Part shown: positions 17,644 through 27,345 of the stretch, one piece after another
Numbering within the stretch: the first letter of the stretch is position 1
Layout of the letters: every line of letters begins with the position of its first letter
From: Bacteroidales bacterium UBA2287
GTDB lineage: Bacteria; Bacteroidota; Bacteroidia; Bacteroidales; Tenuifilaceae
Direction of reading: 5' to 3'
Assembly: GCA_002345675.1 (NCBI GenBank)
Contig: DDWL01000030.1
Location: forward strand, 1-50,131
Length of the DNA stretch: 50,131 nucleotides
Notes under the pieces: model-generated
Database searches by the model: none
What the model was told of the DNA's origin: nothing
The model's input: the letters and a program-made list of their open reading frames with translations, nothing else
Position numbers and translations under genes: made by a program

Positions 17644-18408
17644 ATGCTCTTTAGGCCATTTTTAATAGCTCTTACAGCCCTTCTTGTTGACATTTCAATT
17701 TTAAGCGCAACCGCCACAAATACCAATACCGAAACACACGACAAAATACCTGTTGCTACCGATTCGCTGAGCATTCACCTTTCGGCAAACCTGCAATCGC
17801 GGCACCTTTGGCGAGGATCGGTTACGTGCAGCGCATGGAATATTCAGCCAACAGCAACGGTAAGCAAACGAAACTTTTTGGTTGGCTTTTGGGGCGCTTA
17901 CACCGTTAACAACAGTTACTCCGAGGTAAACCTTTACGGTTCCTATACAATTGGACGATTTTCGGTGGCCGTTCTCGACTACTTTTGTCCCGATGAAACG
18001 CTGAAATTCAACCGCCTTTTCGACACAAACCAAAAAACGACCCAGCATACAGTTGATGCAACACTAACCTATAATGGCACAAAAAAGTTTCCCTTATCGT
18101 TAATGGTTTCAACCTTAGTTTGGGGCGATGATATTAATGCTACCACCGAAAAAAACTACTACTCAACATACATCGAAGCAGGCTATACTTGGGAAAGAAC
18201 ACAAACCCAAAAATTCGAATTTTTTGCGGGTATAACTCCTGTTGAAGGGTACTATGCCAACTCGCTTAACCTTGTAAACATGGGCTTTTCGGCCAGCCAA
18301 ACCATAAACGTAAGCAGCACTTTTAAACTACCCATATTTGGTAAAATAATTGCAAATCCACACACCCAAAATCTTTACTTCGTATTTGGGGCAACAATAG
18401 GTAGCTAA
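17644..18408 (+). CDS. Hypothetical secreted beta-rich protein
   Basis: Signal peptide 'MLFRPFLIALTALLVDISILSATA'. The start is taken at the internal ATG. Confidence 0.45.
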   Translation: MLFRPFLIALTALLVDISILSATATNTNTETHDKIPVATDSLSIHLSANLQSRHLWRGSVTCSAWNIQPTATVSKRNFLVGFWGAYTVNNSYSEVNLYGSYTIGRFSVAVLDYFCPDETLKFNRLFDTNQKTTQHTVDATLTYNGTKKFPLSLMVSTLVWGDDINATTEKNYYSTYIEAGYTWERTQTQKFEFFAGITPVEGYYANSLNLVNMGFSASQTINVSSTFKLPIFGKIIANPHTQNLYFVFGATIGS

Positions 18409-18640
18409 TTAGCTTGTAACAAAATGAAAGTTTTATTTGGGTATAGCTTTCTTAACAACGTTTCCTCTCTGCAATAATATAAGCATAAAATTCCTCCATA
18501 TACTTTGCAGATTAGCAAAGTATTTATATTTTTAGCAAGTTAAATCGATGCTAATTGGTTATAAAAATGCCTTTAATTGGGCAAAAACCGCTTAGTGTGG
18601 TTTAATAATTATATTACAATAGGCTTATTTCGAGAAGTTT

Positions 18641-19480
18641 ATGAACGTCACCAGTCAGGATTTACAATACTTCATTTTAACTTTAAAGAATTGTACAAAG
18701 TACGACCTAACGGAGTACTCCGACAAATCGTTAATGCGTAGGCTTCAAAAAATACTGGTCGATTTCAATCTCGATATTCCTGGTTTAGTTGCTGCTATAC
18801 GTAACGACGCCGACTTTTCGGAAAAAATTGTAAAAGAAATCACAGTTAACACTACCGAACTTTTTCGCGACCCACAGGTATGGCACATGCTTCGCTCTCG
18901 TATTTTACCTCGGTTTAAAAACAATAAAACAATTAATATTTGGCATGCAGGCTGCTCAACGGGACAGGAAGTTTACTCAATGATGATTCTCCTTAACGAA
19001 ATGGGCATGCTCGAAAACGCAAAGATTTTCGCATCCGACCTTAACTCCGATGTACTTGAACAGGCTAAGCAAGGCGTTTACAAGTATCGTTTCAATATTG
19101 GATATCTCGACAATTTCGACAAGGTAATTAAGCAAAACCCCTTAAATTACGAAGAATTTAACGACGTACCCTACGAAAAATATTTCGATATCGACAAGGT
19201 GAGAGATACCATAACCATAAAAAAACACCTTACCGAAAAACCTATTTTTCGCAAGCACGATTTGGTTAAGGACGGGAACCTGTTTTTTGCTAAGTTCGAC
19301 CTAATTCTTTGCCGAAACGTAATTATTTACTTTAACTACTCGTTGCAAAACAAAGTTTTCGAACTTTTTCATACAAACCTATACACCAAGGGAATTTTAT
19401 TGCTTGGCATGCACGAAACCATACTGGGTCCGTGGGCCGCTAAGTTCGAAAAAATGGGACAAGCATACATTAAAAAATAA
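18641..19480 (+). CDS. cheR: CheR-type protein-glutamate O-methyltransferase
   Basis: CheR_N helix bundle 'TVNTTELFRD', SAM loop 'IWHAGCSTGQEVYSM', and C-terminal 'LILCRNVIIYF'. Confidence 0.85.
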   Translation: MNVTSQDLQYFILTLKNCTKYDLTEYSDKSLMRRLQKILVDFNLDIPGLVAAIRNDADFSEKIVKEITVNTTELFRDPQVWHMLRSRILPRFKNNKTINIWHAGCSTGQEVYSMMILLNEMGMLENAKIFASDLNSDVLEQAKQGVYKYRFNIGYLDNFDKVIKQNPLNYEEFNDVPYEKYFDIDKVRDTITIKKHLTEKPIFRKHDLVKDGNLFFAKFDLILCRNVIIYFNYSLQNKVFELFHTNLYTKGILLLGMHETILGPWAAKFEKMGQAYIKK

Positions 19481-19501
19481 AATTGCACAAACTGTTAAAA
19501 C

Positions 19502-21886
19502 ATGAAGTTTTTTAGAAACTTAAATATCACTCAACGCATTCAAATTGTAGCACTTACTATGCTGCTTTTACTTTTCATTATTTCTGCGTTAGTTGTGTTC
19601 AGTTTCTCCCTAAAGCGAGTATACAGCACTACCGACAGGCAAATGGAAACTTACCTAAACCAGATTTCGGTAATTGTTAACATGGCCGAGCAAAAAACAA
19701 GCTCGGGGTTCGACTTTAACGACCACGCAATACTAAAGCCAATTTTCAGTTCGAGCGCCTTTCTTAAAACCGACTACCCATTTCTTGTAAGCACTTCGGG
19801 CGAATACCTTATTCACCTTTACAAGGAAAAACATAAAATACCAAAAGCAGAACTATCGCAAATAGTTTCGCACTCAAGCCAATTTGGCTATGTAAAATAC
19901 TTCGAAACTAAAAACGACAAAGAAGAAGAGTATCGATTGTACTTTAAAAAAATCGATACCTATAATGCAATAGTTGGCGTTCCTGTTTCGGTAAACGAAC
20001 TAACATCGAGTTTAAAAGCAAACAGGGTAGTTCTGCTAATATTTGTTCTGTTAGGTTCAGTAGCATCAGTAATTGCGCTATATTACGTATTAAGGCCAAT
20101 TCGAAATGCCATTAACAATGTAACATCAAGCATTGCCATGTTATCGCAAGGCAAAATTCCCGAGAAAGCAACCTTCGAGTTTAACGATGAGATTGGCGAC
20201 ATAACAAAACTACTCAACAACCTTATTGATGGAATGGAGCGCACCGCCGATTTTGCCATTGAAATTGGGAATAAAAATTTAGAAGCAACCTTCGAGCCGC
20301 TTGGTCCAAACGACAGGCTTGGCAATGCGCTAATTAACAATCGCGAAAGCCTTAAAAAAGCCTACGAAGAAGAACAACAACGCAAAGAGGAGGACGATAA
20401 GCGTAACTGGGTTACCATGGGTCTTGCAAAATTTGGGGAAATACTTCGTCAAAACAACAACAACCTGCAGCTGCTCTCCGACAATGTTCTTCAAAACCTT
20501 ATCGACTACCTAAACGCCAATCAAGGTGGCCTTTTTACCTATAACGACGACGATACAAGCAACATTTACCTCGAGTTGGTTTCGGCATTTGCCTATAATC
20601 GTAAAAAATTCAAACAAAAAACAATTCAACTTGGCGAAGGCTTGGTTGGCAACTGCGCCGTTGAGAAGAAAACCGTACACCTAAGAGAAGTTCCAACAAA
20701 CTACCTCGAAATCACTTCGGGATTAGGCGACACACCACCACGGTCAATTATTGTAGTGCCCTTAAAGCTTGAGGATAAAATTTTTGGAGTTATCGAAATA
20801 GCTTCGCTAACCGATTTTAGCGACCACGAAATCGACTTTGTCGAAAAAATTGGCGAAAGCATTGCGTCAACTCTTTCGGCTGTTCGCAATAACATCAAGA
20901 CAAATTACTTGCTTGAGCAATCGCAACAGCAACGGGAAGAAATGGCCGCTCAGGAAGAAGAGATGCGCCAAAACATGGAGGAAATGCTTGCCACTCAGGA
21001 AGAAATGTCGCGCAAGTCAATTGAAATGGAGGGTATGTCGTCGGCAATAAACGAAACGCTTCTATTCGCCGAGCTAACCGAGGACGGGTACTTCACTTCG
21101 TCGAACATGAAAACCATGCAGCTGCTTGAGTATAGCCGCACCGAACTTGAGGTTAAAAAAATCGAAGACATTATCCACCCCGACGATTTCGTATTTTTCC
21201 AAGCAGCATGGAACGAAGTTCAATCGGGCAGCCCATACAAAGGCACTCTTCGCTGGGTTACCCGGAACGACGAAAATCCTTATATTTTAACAAGTATTAC
21301 CCCAACCTATAGCGAAACTGGTGAACTATTTAAAATTTACATTATTGGCCAAGACGTAACCGAGTCGAAGCTGCTTGAGCTAAGGGCTCAAAAGCAAGCC
21401 GAAGAAATTGAGCAAAGTCTACTCGAAATTCAAGTTGAACAAGACATTTCGAAGAGCAAAGAAGAGGAAATGTCGCTTCTACTTCAGGCACTCGACCAAA
21501 CCTGCTTGGTTACCGAAATTAGTGTCGATGGTACTATAACCTATATCAACCATAAAAATGTTGATACACTTGGCGACCGCAAAGAGCTTATTGAAGGCCG
21601 AAAGCATGACGAGTTAGACATGATGGCGCGCAAAAACCCTGAGCAGTACAAAGCAATGTGGGATCAGCTACTTGTTGGTAAAAAAGTTACCCGCGAATTT
21701 TCGCTTTTGGTAAATAATAATAAGGTATGGGTTTCCGAAAACTACATACCTGTTCGTAATTCATTGGGCGAAATTTCGAAAATTATAAATATAGGAATCG
21801 ACATTTCATTGTTTAAGCAAAAGGAAGAGGAACTTTTAGCTCAGCTAAAAGGCGGCAAGGGAAACAAAAACGAAGAAAAGTCATAG
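19502..21886 (+). CDS. Membrane sensor: TM-periplasmic domain-TM-HAMP-GAF-coiled coil-PAS-PAS, with no output domain
   Basis: Two TM segments flank a ~150-aa extracytoplasmic domain. The GAF domain has 'LEITSGLGDTPPRSIIVVPL...GVIEIASL'. A Glu-rich heptad segment 'EEMAAQEEEMRQNMEEMLATQEEM' follows. Confidence 0.7.
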   Translation: MKFFRNLNITQRIQIVALTMLLLLFIISALVVFSFSLKRVYSTTDRQMETYLNQISVIVNMAEQKTSSGFDFNDHAILKPIFSSSAFLKTDYPFLVSTSGEYLIHLYKEKHKIPKAELSQIVSHSSQFGYVKYFETKNDKEEEYRLYFKKIDTYNAIVGVPVSVNELTSSLKANRVVLLIFVLLGSVASVIALYYVLRPIRNAINNVTSSIAMLSQGKIPEKATFEFNDEIGDITKLLNNLIDGMERTADFAIEIGNKNLEATFEPLGPNDRLGNALINNRESLKKAYEEEQQRKEEDDKRNWVTMGLAKFGEILRQNNNNLQLLSDNVLQNLIDYLNANQGGLFTYNDDDTSNIYLELVSAFAYNRKKFKQKTIQLGEGLVGNCAVEKKTVHLREVPTNYLEITSGLGDTPPRSIIVVPLKLEDKIFGVIEIASLTDFSDHEIDFVEKIGESIASTLSAVRNNIKTNYLLEQSQQQREEMAAQEEEMRQNMEEMLATQEEMSRKSIEMEGMSSAINETLLFAELTEDGYFTSSNMKTMQLLEYSRTELEVKKIEDIIHPDDFVFFQAAWNEVQSGSPYKGTLRWVTRNDENPYILTSITPTYSETGELFKIYIIGQDVTESKLLELRAQKQAEEIEQSLLEIQVEQDISKSKEEEMSLLLQALDQTCLVTEISVDGTITYINHKNVDTLGDRKELIEGRKHDELDMMARKNPEQYKAMWDQLLVGKKVTREFSLLVNNNKVWVSENYIPVRNSLGEISKIINIGIDISLFKQKEEELLAQLKGGKGNKNEEKS

Positions 21887-21888
21887 CT

Positions 21889-22725
21889 ATGATTATTCGT
21901 TACGACATAGGAATTGTTGAAACAAGGAATATTATTAAAACAATATTCGACACTTACGGTTACGACTTTAGGGACTATGCCCTTACGTCGTTTAAGCGTA
22001 GGCTCGAAGATGTTATTACCGAAAACGGGCTTAGGGATGCCGATGGTCTTATTTACAGGCTGCAAAACAACAAAGATTTTTTCGACAGCTTTTTAAAGGA
22101 AATTACACCCGAAACAACCGAAATGTTTCGCGACCCATCGCTTTGGCGAACTCTTCGCGACGATATACTTTTGGATATAGTAAAGAGCAGCACCAATAAG
22201 CCAAAAATATGGATTGCAAACTTCGATTCGGGCGAAGAGCTTTACTCGTTACATATTATACTAAAAGAGCTACACTTGCTCGAAAGCGTTCAGGTATACC
22301 TTTCGTACATGAGCGAAAGCGTTAAAAAGAAAGTTCTTTCGGGACGTATTGACCAAAAGCAAACAGAAGTTAACGAGGCAAACTACGAAAGAACAAATGG
22401 ACAGCACAAATTTGGGGAGTACTTTACCTCCTCGCCAATGGGAACTTTTTTCGACACATCGCTGCTAAGTGGAGTAACCTTTACCAAACAGGATACATTT
22501 TTCACCAATCCACCCGGAGGTATTAAGTTGTTGTTGTTCCGAAACCAAACCATATACTACAACCAATCGCATCAGGATAAGGCACTTGGCAACCTTCACG
22601 ACAGCCTTGTGGCTGGTGGTTTCCTCGCCTTGGGAACTCGCGAGACTTTGGATAATACAAACATTAACCATAAATTTACCGTTGTTAACGACCCTGACAA
22701 AATTTACAAGAAAAAAACAGGGTAA
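21889..22725 (+). CDS. CheR-like paralog with degenerate SAM-binding motifs
   Basis: The CheR_N-like 'TPETTEMFRD' is retained. The SAM loop is 'IWIANFDSGEELYSL' (GCSTG lost), and the C-terminal 'CRNV' is replaced by 'FRNQ'. Confidence 0.65.
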   Translation: MIIRYDIGIVETRNIIKTIFDTYGYDFRDYALTSFKRRLEDVITENGLRDADGLIYRLQNNKDFFDSFLKEITPETTEMFRDPSLWRTLRDDILLDIVKSSTNKPKIWIANFDSGEELYSLHIILKELHLLESVQVYLSYMSESVKKKVLSGRIDQKQTEVNEANYERTNGQHKFGEYFTSSPMGTFFDTSLLSGVTFTKQDTFFTNPPGGIKLLLFRNQTIYYNQSHQDKALGNLHDSLVAGGFLALGTRETLDNTNINHKFTVVNDPDKIYKKKTG

Positions 22726-22735
22726 CACAGTTATT

Positions 22736-23296
22736 ATGTATAAAGCAGTTATAATAGGCGGTTCGGCAGGCAGTTTCCAGGTAATTACCAGGATACTAAA
22801 CTCCTTGCCCCCAACTTTTCCTCTCCCAGTGCTACTTAGCCTTCATAGGCTTAAGCATGTGAGAAGCGGATTTGTTGAAGCGCTTTCCATAAAATCGTCT
22901 ATTCCAGTTATCGAACCATACGATAAGGATCAAATAAAACCAGGAAAAGCCTATCTTGCACCTGCAAATTATCACATGTTTATTGAACTGGGCAATCGAA
23001 TCGCCCTTTCGACCGAAGAACCAGTAAACCACTCGCGCCCATCAATCGACCTGTCGTTTTCAACAGCCGCACAGGTATACCGCGAAAAATTAATTGGAAT
23101 AATTCTTTCGGGAGCCAATAAGGACGGAGCATACGGCTTAAAGAAAATTAAAGACTTTGGAGGGTTAACCATTGTTCAGGACCCCGAGGAATGCCAAGTA
23201 AAAACCATGACCGAGGCCTCGCTCAAATTATCAAAAGTTGACCATGTGCTTAGCACTCAAGAAATTATTCGATTTTTACAAAACTTAAAACAATAA
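22736..23296 (+). CDS. cheB: Stand-alone CheB-type methylesterase (no receiver domain)
   Basis: 'VIIGGSAGSFQ', 'PANYHMFIE', 'RPSIDLSFS' and 'ILSGANKDGAYGL' match the CheB catalytic domain (Ser/His/Asp). Starts 10 nt after the cheR-like stop. Confidence 0.85.
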   Translation: MYKAVIIGGSAGSFQVITRILNSLPPTFPLPVLLSLHRLKHVRSGFVEALSIKSSIPVIEPYDKDQIKPGKAYLAPANYHMFIELGNRIALSTEEPVNHSRPSIDLSFSTAAQVYREKLIGIILSGANKDGAYGLKKIKDFGGLTIVQDPEECQVKTMTEASLKLSKVDHVLSTQEIIRFLQNLKQ

Positions 23297-23297
23297 A

Positions 23298-24104
23298 ATG
23301 GGAACAATGGGAATCCGTAAAGCAAAACATGCATTTATACATAGTGTCCTCTTAGCTCTACTCTTGCTAAGTGTTTGCGGTACCTATTTTTCTTTCCATA
23401 ACCTAGTGGCAACAACCCAAAATGCTTTTTACTTTTGGCCTATTGTTTTCACTATTGCCACCCTTATTATAGGTTTAGTTTTATACCTTAATGTTAGCAG
23501 AACTAACGACCAAAATCAAAAAATTGCCGAACAACTCGAAAGCCTAAAGAGAACTATTGAGCAAAGTAAAAATGGGCAAAATGGTAAAACAAAAGAGGAG
23601 CATAAAGCACAGCAACAAACAAATACAATAGAAGACGCCAGCAAGTTGCTACCCAGTTCAAATTTTGAAAACATAGATATTTTTGCTGAACAGCTACTTA
23701 AAAATATATCAAAATCGTTCGAAATAGTTCAAGGTACATACTTTGCCAAAAACGAAAAAACTAACGAGTTTAAATTTGTAGCTGGCTACGCTTTTTACTC
23801 CGAATCACAACCACAAAGTTTTGTTGAAGGGGAAACGCTACCCGGTCAGGTTGCTAAAAATCGCGAGACCTTACTATTAGAGCAAATTCCCGATGGCTAC
23901 ATTACAATACTGTCGGGTCTTGGGAAAGGAACGCCTCACTATTTGCTACTTGTACCCATAGTGAACGAGCAAGGAAGTTGTGATGGCGTTTTTGAGGTTG
24001 CCTCATTTAAGCCAATTCCTTCGAGTACCGTTCAAATTCTTACTGCTTTAGGAAAACTGATAGACCCGCTTTTACACAAAAACGCAAACTCTTCGCAAGA
24101 ATAA
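23298..24104 (+). CDS. Membrane-anchored GAF-domain protein
   Basis: Two TM helices, a coiled coil, and a GAF domain paralogous to those of the flanking sensors ('YITILSGLGKGTPHYLLLVPI...GVFEVASF'). Confidence 0.55.
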   Translation: MGTMGIRKAKHAFIHSVLLALLLLSVCGTYFSFHNLVATTQNAFYFWPIVFTIATLIIGLVLYLNVSRTNDQNQKIAEQLESLKRTIEQSKNGQNGKTKEEHKAQQQTNTIEDASKLLPSSNFENIDIFAEQLLKNISKSFEIVQGTYFAKNEKTNEFKFVAGYAFYSESQPQSFVEGETLPGQVAKNRETLLLEQIPDGYITILSGLGKGTPHYLLLVPIVNEQGSCDGVFEVASFKPIPSSTVQILTALGKLIDPLLHKNANSSQE

Positions 24105-24108
24105 AGAT

Positions 24109-26721
24109 ATGGTTTCACACAATAAAATATCGCCCGAAAGTTTCACAAGAGCCCTTAACCAAAGGGTATTCTTTGCCACGGTTATTGGGTTCTTGCTAAC
24201 AATAACAGCATGGCTTATTGTCTTTTCGAAAAGCGATTTACAGTTCTCCCTTTCGGGTTTAATTAGCATTCACAGCCAAAACCCAATTCTTTGGCTAATC
24301 GACCTAATTCCTCTAATTTTTGGATACTCTACCTGGTTTCAGGCAAAGCGCCAGCTCGATAAGGTAATGTTTCTCGAAGATGAAATTCGACAGCGCGACG
24401 AAAACATTAGTAAAAACGCCCTTTTTGCAAAAAAAATTGGTGAAGGTCAGTACAATGCAGCCTTTCAAATTAGCGACGAAGACGACATTCTCGGAAAGTC
24501 GCTGCTTGTAATGCGCGACAACCTCCTAAAGAACTACGATAAAGAATCGGAAGAGAGCTGGATTGCAAAGGGGAAAGATGAAGTTTCGTACATTCTTCGC
24601 CTGCATAATAATATCGACGAGCTATCATACGAAGTGCTTGTTAAGCTTATTAAGTACATTAACGTTGTACAAGGGGCACTCTACATTTTCGATGAAGATA
24701 AACAAACCCTTCGCAATCTTGCAACATACGCCTTTAACCGAAAAAAACATGTATATCAGGAGTTTAAGGTAGGTCAAGGACTTATTGGGCAATGTGCGTA
24801 CGAAAAGGACATTATATACCGCACCGAAATTCCCAACGATTATATTACAATAACCTCTGGCGTTTTAGGCGATAAGAAACCAAAATCGATACTACTTGTT
24901 CCTCTTATTACCGACGAGAAACTGCAAGGAATTATTGAGTTAACCTCGTTCGACGATTCAATTCCCGATCTCACCATTCGCTTCCTTCGCGAAATGGGCG
25001 AAATTTTAGCACGTACCATTTTCAACTTAAGAATAAACATTAAAACCGAAAAACTCCTTCAAGAGGCTCAGCAAATGGCCCAAGAACTTAAGGAGAACGA
25101 AGAAGAGTTACGCCAGAATGCCGAGGAAATGCGTGCCACCCACGAAGAACTCGAAAAGTCGAACGCCAAACTCGAAATGAAGATTAAGGAAGTTGAAAAT
25201 GCGCAAAAACGCCTTCACTCGCTACTCGAAAACGCATCCGAAATCATTTCAATATACAGTAGTAGCATTAAACTAATGTATATAAGCCCATCGGTAACCA
25301 AAATTTTGGGCTATACGCCCAACGAAATGATGAGCGGAAAGGATATTGATCGCCTTACCCGAAAGGGCGAACAAGAACTTAACGACATGTTTAAAAAGTT
25401 GCTCGACTCACCACGAATTCCCATCACCATCGAGTACACTTTTATGAAGAAGGATGGCGAAAAAATATTCCTCGAAGTTACAGGCCGAAACCTACTCGAC
25501 GACAGCGCCATAAATGGAATAATTCTTAATTCTCGCGATATAACCGAGCGTAAACGCGCCGAAAAGGAAGAGCGTATGCGAAGCAAAATGCAATCGCTCT
25601 CGGAGAATTCGCCCGATATGATTATTCGTTTAAACACAGCTGGGCAGTTCTTTTATGCCAACCCAATGGTTGAGCCTTACCTTGGCATACCTCCCAAGGA
25701 TCTTATAAACCAAACGCTTAACTCGGTTAACATTAACGAATCGCTTGCAAACTTCTTTAAAGAATCAATTAAGGGTATAAAAACTCAAAAAGAGCAGGTA
25801 GAAATTGATCTTAGCTTCGAAGCTATTTGTGGCAATGTTATTATGCACATTGTTGCCATACCCGAGTTTAACGAAAACGAACTCGAAACAATTCTTTTTG
25901 TTGGGCACGACATTTCGGAAGCAAAACGTATTGAGCAAGAGGTACAGGATAAGAACCGAAAAATTACAGAGAGTATAAACTATGCCCAACGTATTCAAAC
26001 CTCAATTCTACCTAATAATCGAATAATTCGCCAATACCTACCAAAATCGTTTACGTACTATAAACCCCGCGATGTGGTTAGCGGCGACTTTCCTTGGTTC
26101 TTTTTAAAGGATGATTACGTTTACATAGCTGTGGTCGACTGTACAGGGCACGGAGTTCCAGGAGCACTACTCTCGTTTATTGGTTACTTTACGCTAAACA
26201 ATGTAGTTGACCACGACTCCACTTACACCGCTGGTAAAATATTAGATTTACTTCACTACGGAGTTCGAAAAACCCTAAAACAAGACAGACCCGACGCCGA
26301 CGCACGCGATGGAATGGACATAGCGTTATGCAAAATTAACCTTAAACGCAAAGAGCTTCAGTATGCCGGAGCACATAGGCCATTGTATATGCTTCGAAAC
26401 GGGGAACTATCTGAATTTAAAGGAAATAGAAAGGCAATTGGGGGAATTCCTCATCCAAAAAAGGAAGAGGACGATTTTACTAATTACCCTATCGACATAA
26501 AACCTGGCGACAAAGTATTCTTCTTTTCCGATGGGATGCCCGACCAAGTTGGCGGTCCCGAAAACAAGAAATATGGCCCAGCAAGAATACGTGAAATAAT
26601 TTTATCGAACCCAAACTTCACAATGCCACAATATAACGATATATTTGCAAAAGACTTTGAAGAGTATATGGGTGACAACAAGCAAGTTGATGACGTTTTA
26701 ATAATTGGAATAGAGTTTTAA
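24109..26721 (+). CDS. Sensor PP2C phosphatase (SiaA/RsbU-like): TM2-GAF-coiled coil-PAS-PAS-SpoIIE
   Basis: PP2C motifs 'VVSGDFPWF', 'VVDCTGHGVPGALLSF', 'DGMDIAL' and 'FFFSDGMPDQ'. The GAF domain has 'YITITSGVLGDKKPKSILLVPL'. The Glu-rich segment is 'EEELRQNAEEMRATHEEL'. Confidence 0.8.
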   Translation: MVSHNKISPESFTRALNQRVFFATVIGFLLTITAWLIVFSKSDLQFSLSGLISIHSQNPILWLIDLIPLIFGYSTWFQAKRQLDKVMFLEDEIRQRDENISKNALFAKKIGEGQYNAAFQISDEDDILGKSLLVMRDNLLKNYDKESEESWIAKGKDEVSYILRLHNNIDELSYEVLVKLIKYINVVQGALYIFDEDKQTLRNLATYAFNRKKHVYQEFKVGQGLIGQCAYEKDIIYRTEIPNDYITITSGVLGDKKPKSILLVPLITDEKLQGIIELTSFDDSIPDLTIRFLREMGEILARTIFNLRINIKTEKLLQEAQQMAQELKENEEELRQNAEEMRATHEELEKSNAKLEMKIKEVENAQKRLHSLLENASEIISIYSSSIKLMYISPSVTKILGYTPNEMMSGKDIDRLTRKGEQELNDMFKKLLDSPRIPITIEYTFMKKDGEKIFLEVTGRNLLDDSAINGIILNSRDITERKRAEKEERMRSKMQSLSENSPDMIIRLNTAGQFFYANPMVEPYLGIPPKDLINQTLNSVNINESLANFFKESIKGIKTQKEQVEIDLSFEAICGNVIMHIVAIPEFNENELETILFVGHDISEAKRIEQEVQDKNRKITESINYAQRIQTSILPNNRIIRQYLPKSFTYYKPRDVVSGDFPWFFLKDDYVYIAVVDCTGHGVPGALLSFIGYFTLNNVVDHDSTYTAGKILDLLHYGVRKTLKQDRPDADARDGMDIALCKINLKRKELQYAGAHRPLYMLRNGELSEFKGNRKAIGGIPHPKKEEDDFTNYPIDIKPGDKVFFFSDGMPDQVGGPENKKYGPARIREIILSNPNFTMPQYNDIFAKDFEEYMGDNKQVDDVLIIGIEF

Positions 26722-26758
26722 ATTGTAATATACGGTAAATTTCCTAATTTTACAGGCT

Positions 26759-27334
26759 ATGGATAAAAAGAATGTTAAAGGGTTTCTCGAGTTCGTGTAC
26801 GACTTTTACAAGTCCATGAAAGCTCACGAAATCACCCTCGTTTACGAAGGTGAAATTACCCACCAAATTACAAAGGCCTTCACCTCCCTTACCGAATCGA
26901 ACATGGCCAAAGAGGAGGAGTCCAACACCGTTCAGAAAAAAGTATTCCATGTTATGGTGGAGTGCCTTCAAAACATTAGCAAGCATGCCGATAGTTTTGG
27001 CTCCGACGATTTTCTATTTGCTGGTCGTGGAATTTTTATGGTTAGCAAAGGCGAAATCGAATACCACGTTACAACTGGTAACGTAATTGAGAATACAAAA
27101 ATTGAAGAACTCTCGAAAATACTCGACAACATTAACTTGCTCGACAAAGAGGGTTTGAAAACACTTTACAAAACCCAAATGCGCGAAGGAAGACTCTCCG
27201 AAAAGGGAGGCGCAGGCTTAGGTTTTATCGACATTGCACGTAAAACGGGTCGAAAACTTGAGTACCATTTCCTTCCAATCGACGAAGAAAACCATTTCTT
27301 CATTTTAACATCAACAATATCCAGAAACGAGTAA
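26759..27334 (+). CDS. GHKL-type Ser/Thr protein kinase-like protein (SiaB/RsbW-like)
   Basis: N-box-like 'ECLQNISKHA' and G-box 'GGAGLGFIDIARK'. ~190 aa. Located immediately upstream of a DUF1987-like gene. Confidence 0.55.
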   Translation: MDKKNVKGFLEFVYDFYKSMKAHEITLVYEGEITHQITKAFTSLTESNMAKEEESNTVQKKVFHVMVECLQNISKHADSFGSDDFLFAGRGIFMVSKGEIEYHVTTGNVIENTKIEELSKILDNINLLDKEGLKTLYKTQMREGRLSEKGGAGLGFIDIARKTGRKLEYHFLPIDEENHFFILTSTISRNE

Positions 27335-27345
27335 AGAATAGAGCT

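Noticed and set aside
22586-22735. Longer cheB ORF starting inside the cheR paralog
   Set aside because: The upstream 50 codons overlap the cheR-like gene out of frame and lack CheB similarity. The ATG at 22736 gives a full-length methylesterase domain.
18641-23296. Canonical chemotaxis operon
   Set aside because: No CheA, CheW, CheY or MCP signalling domain lies in the operon or elsewhere in the window. The sensors carry GAF/PAS domains and a PP2C output. It is therefore treated as a non-canonical methylation module.
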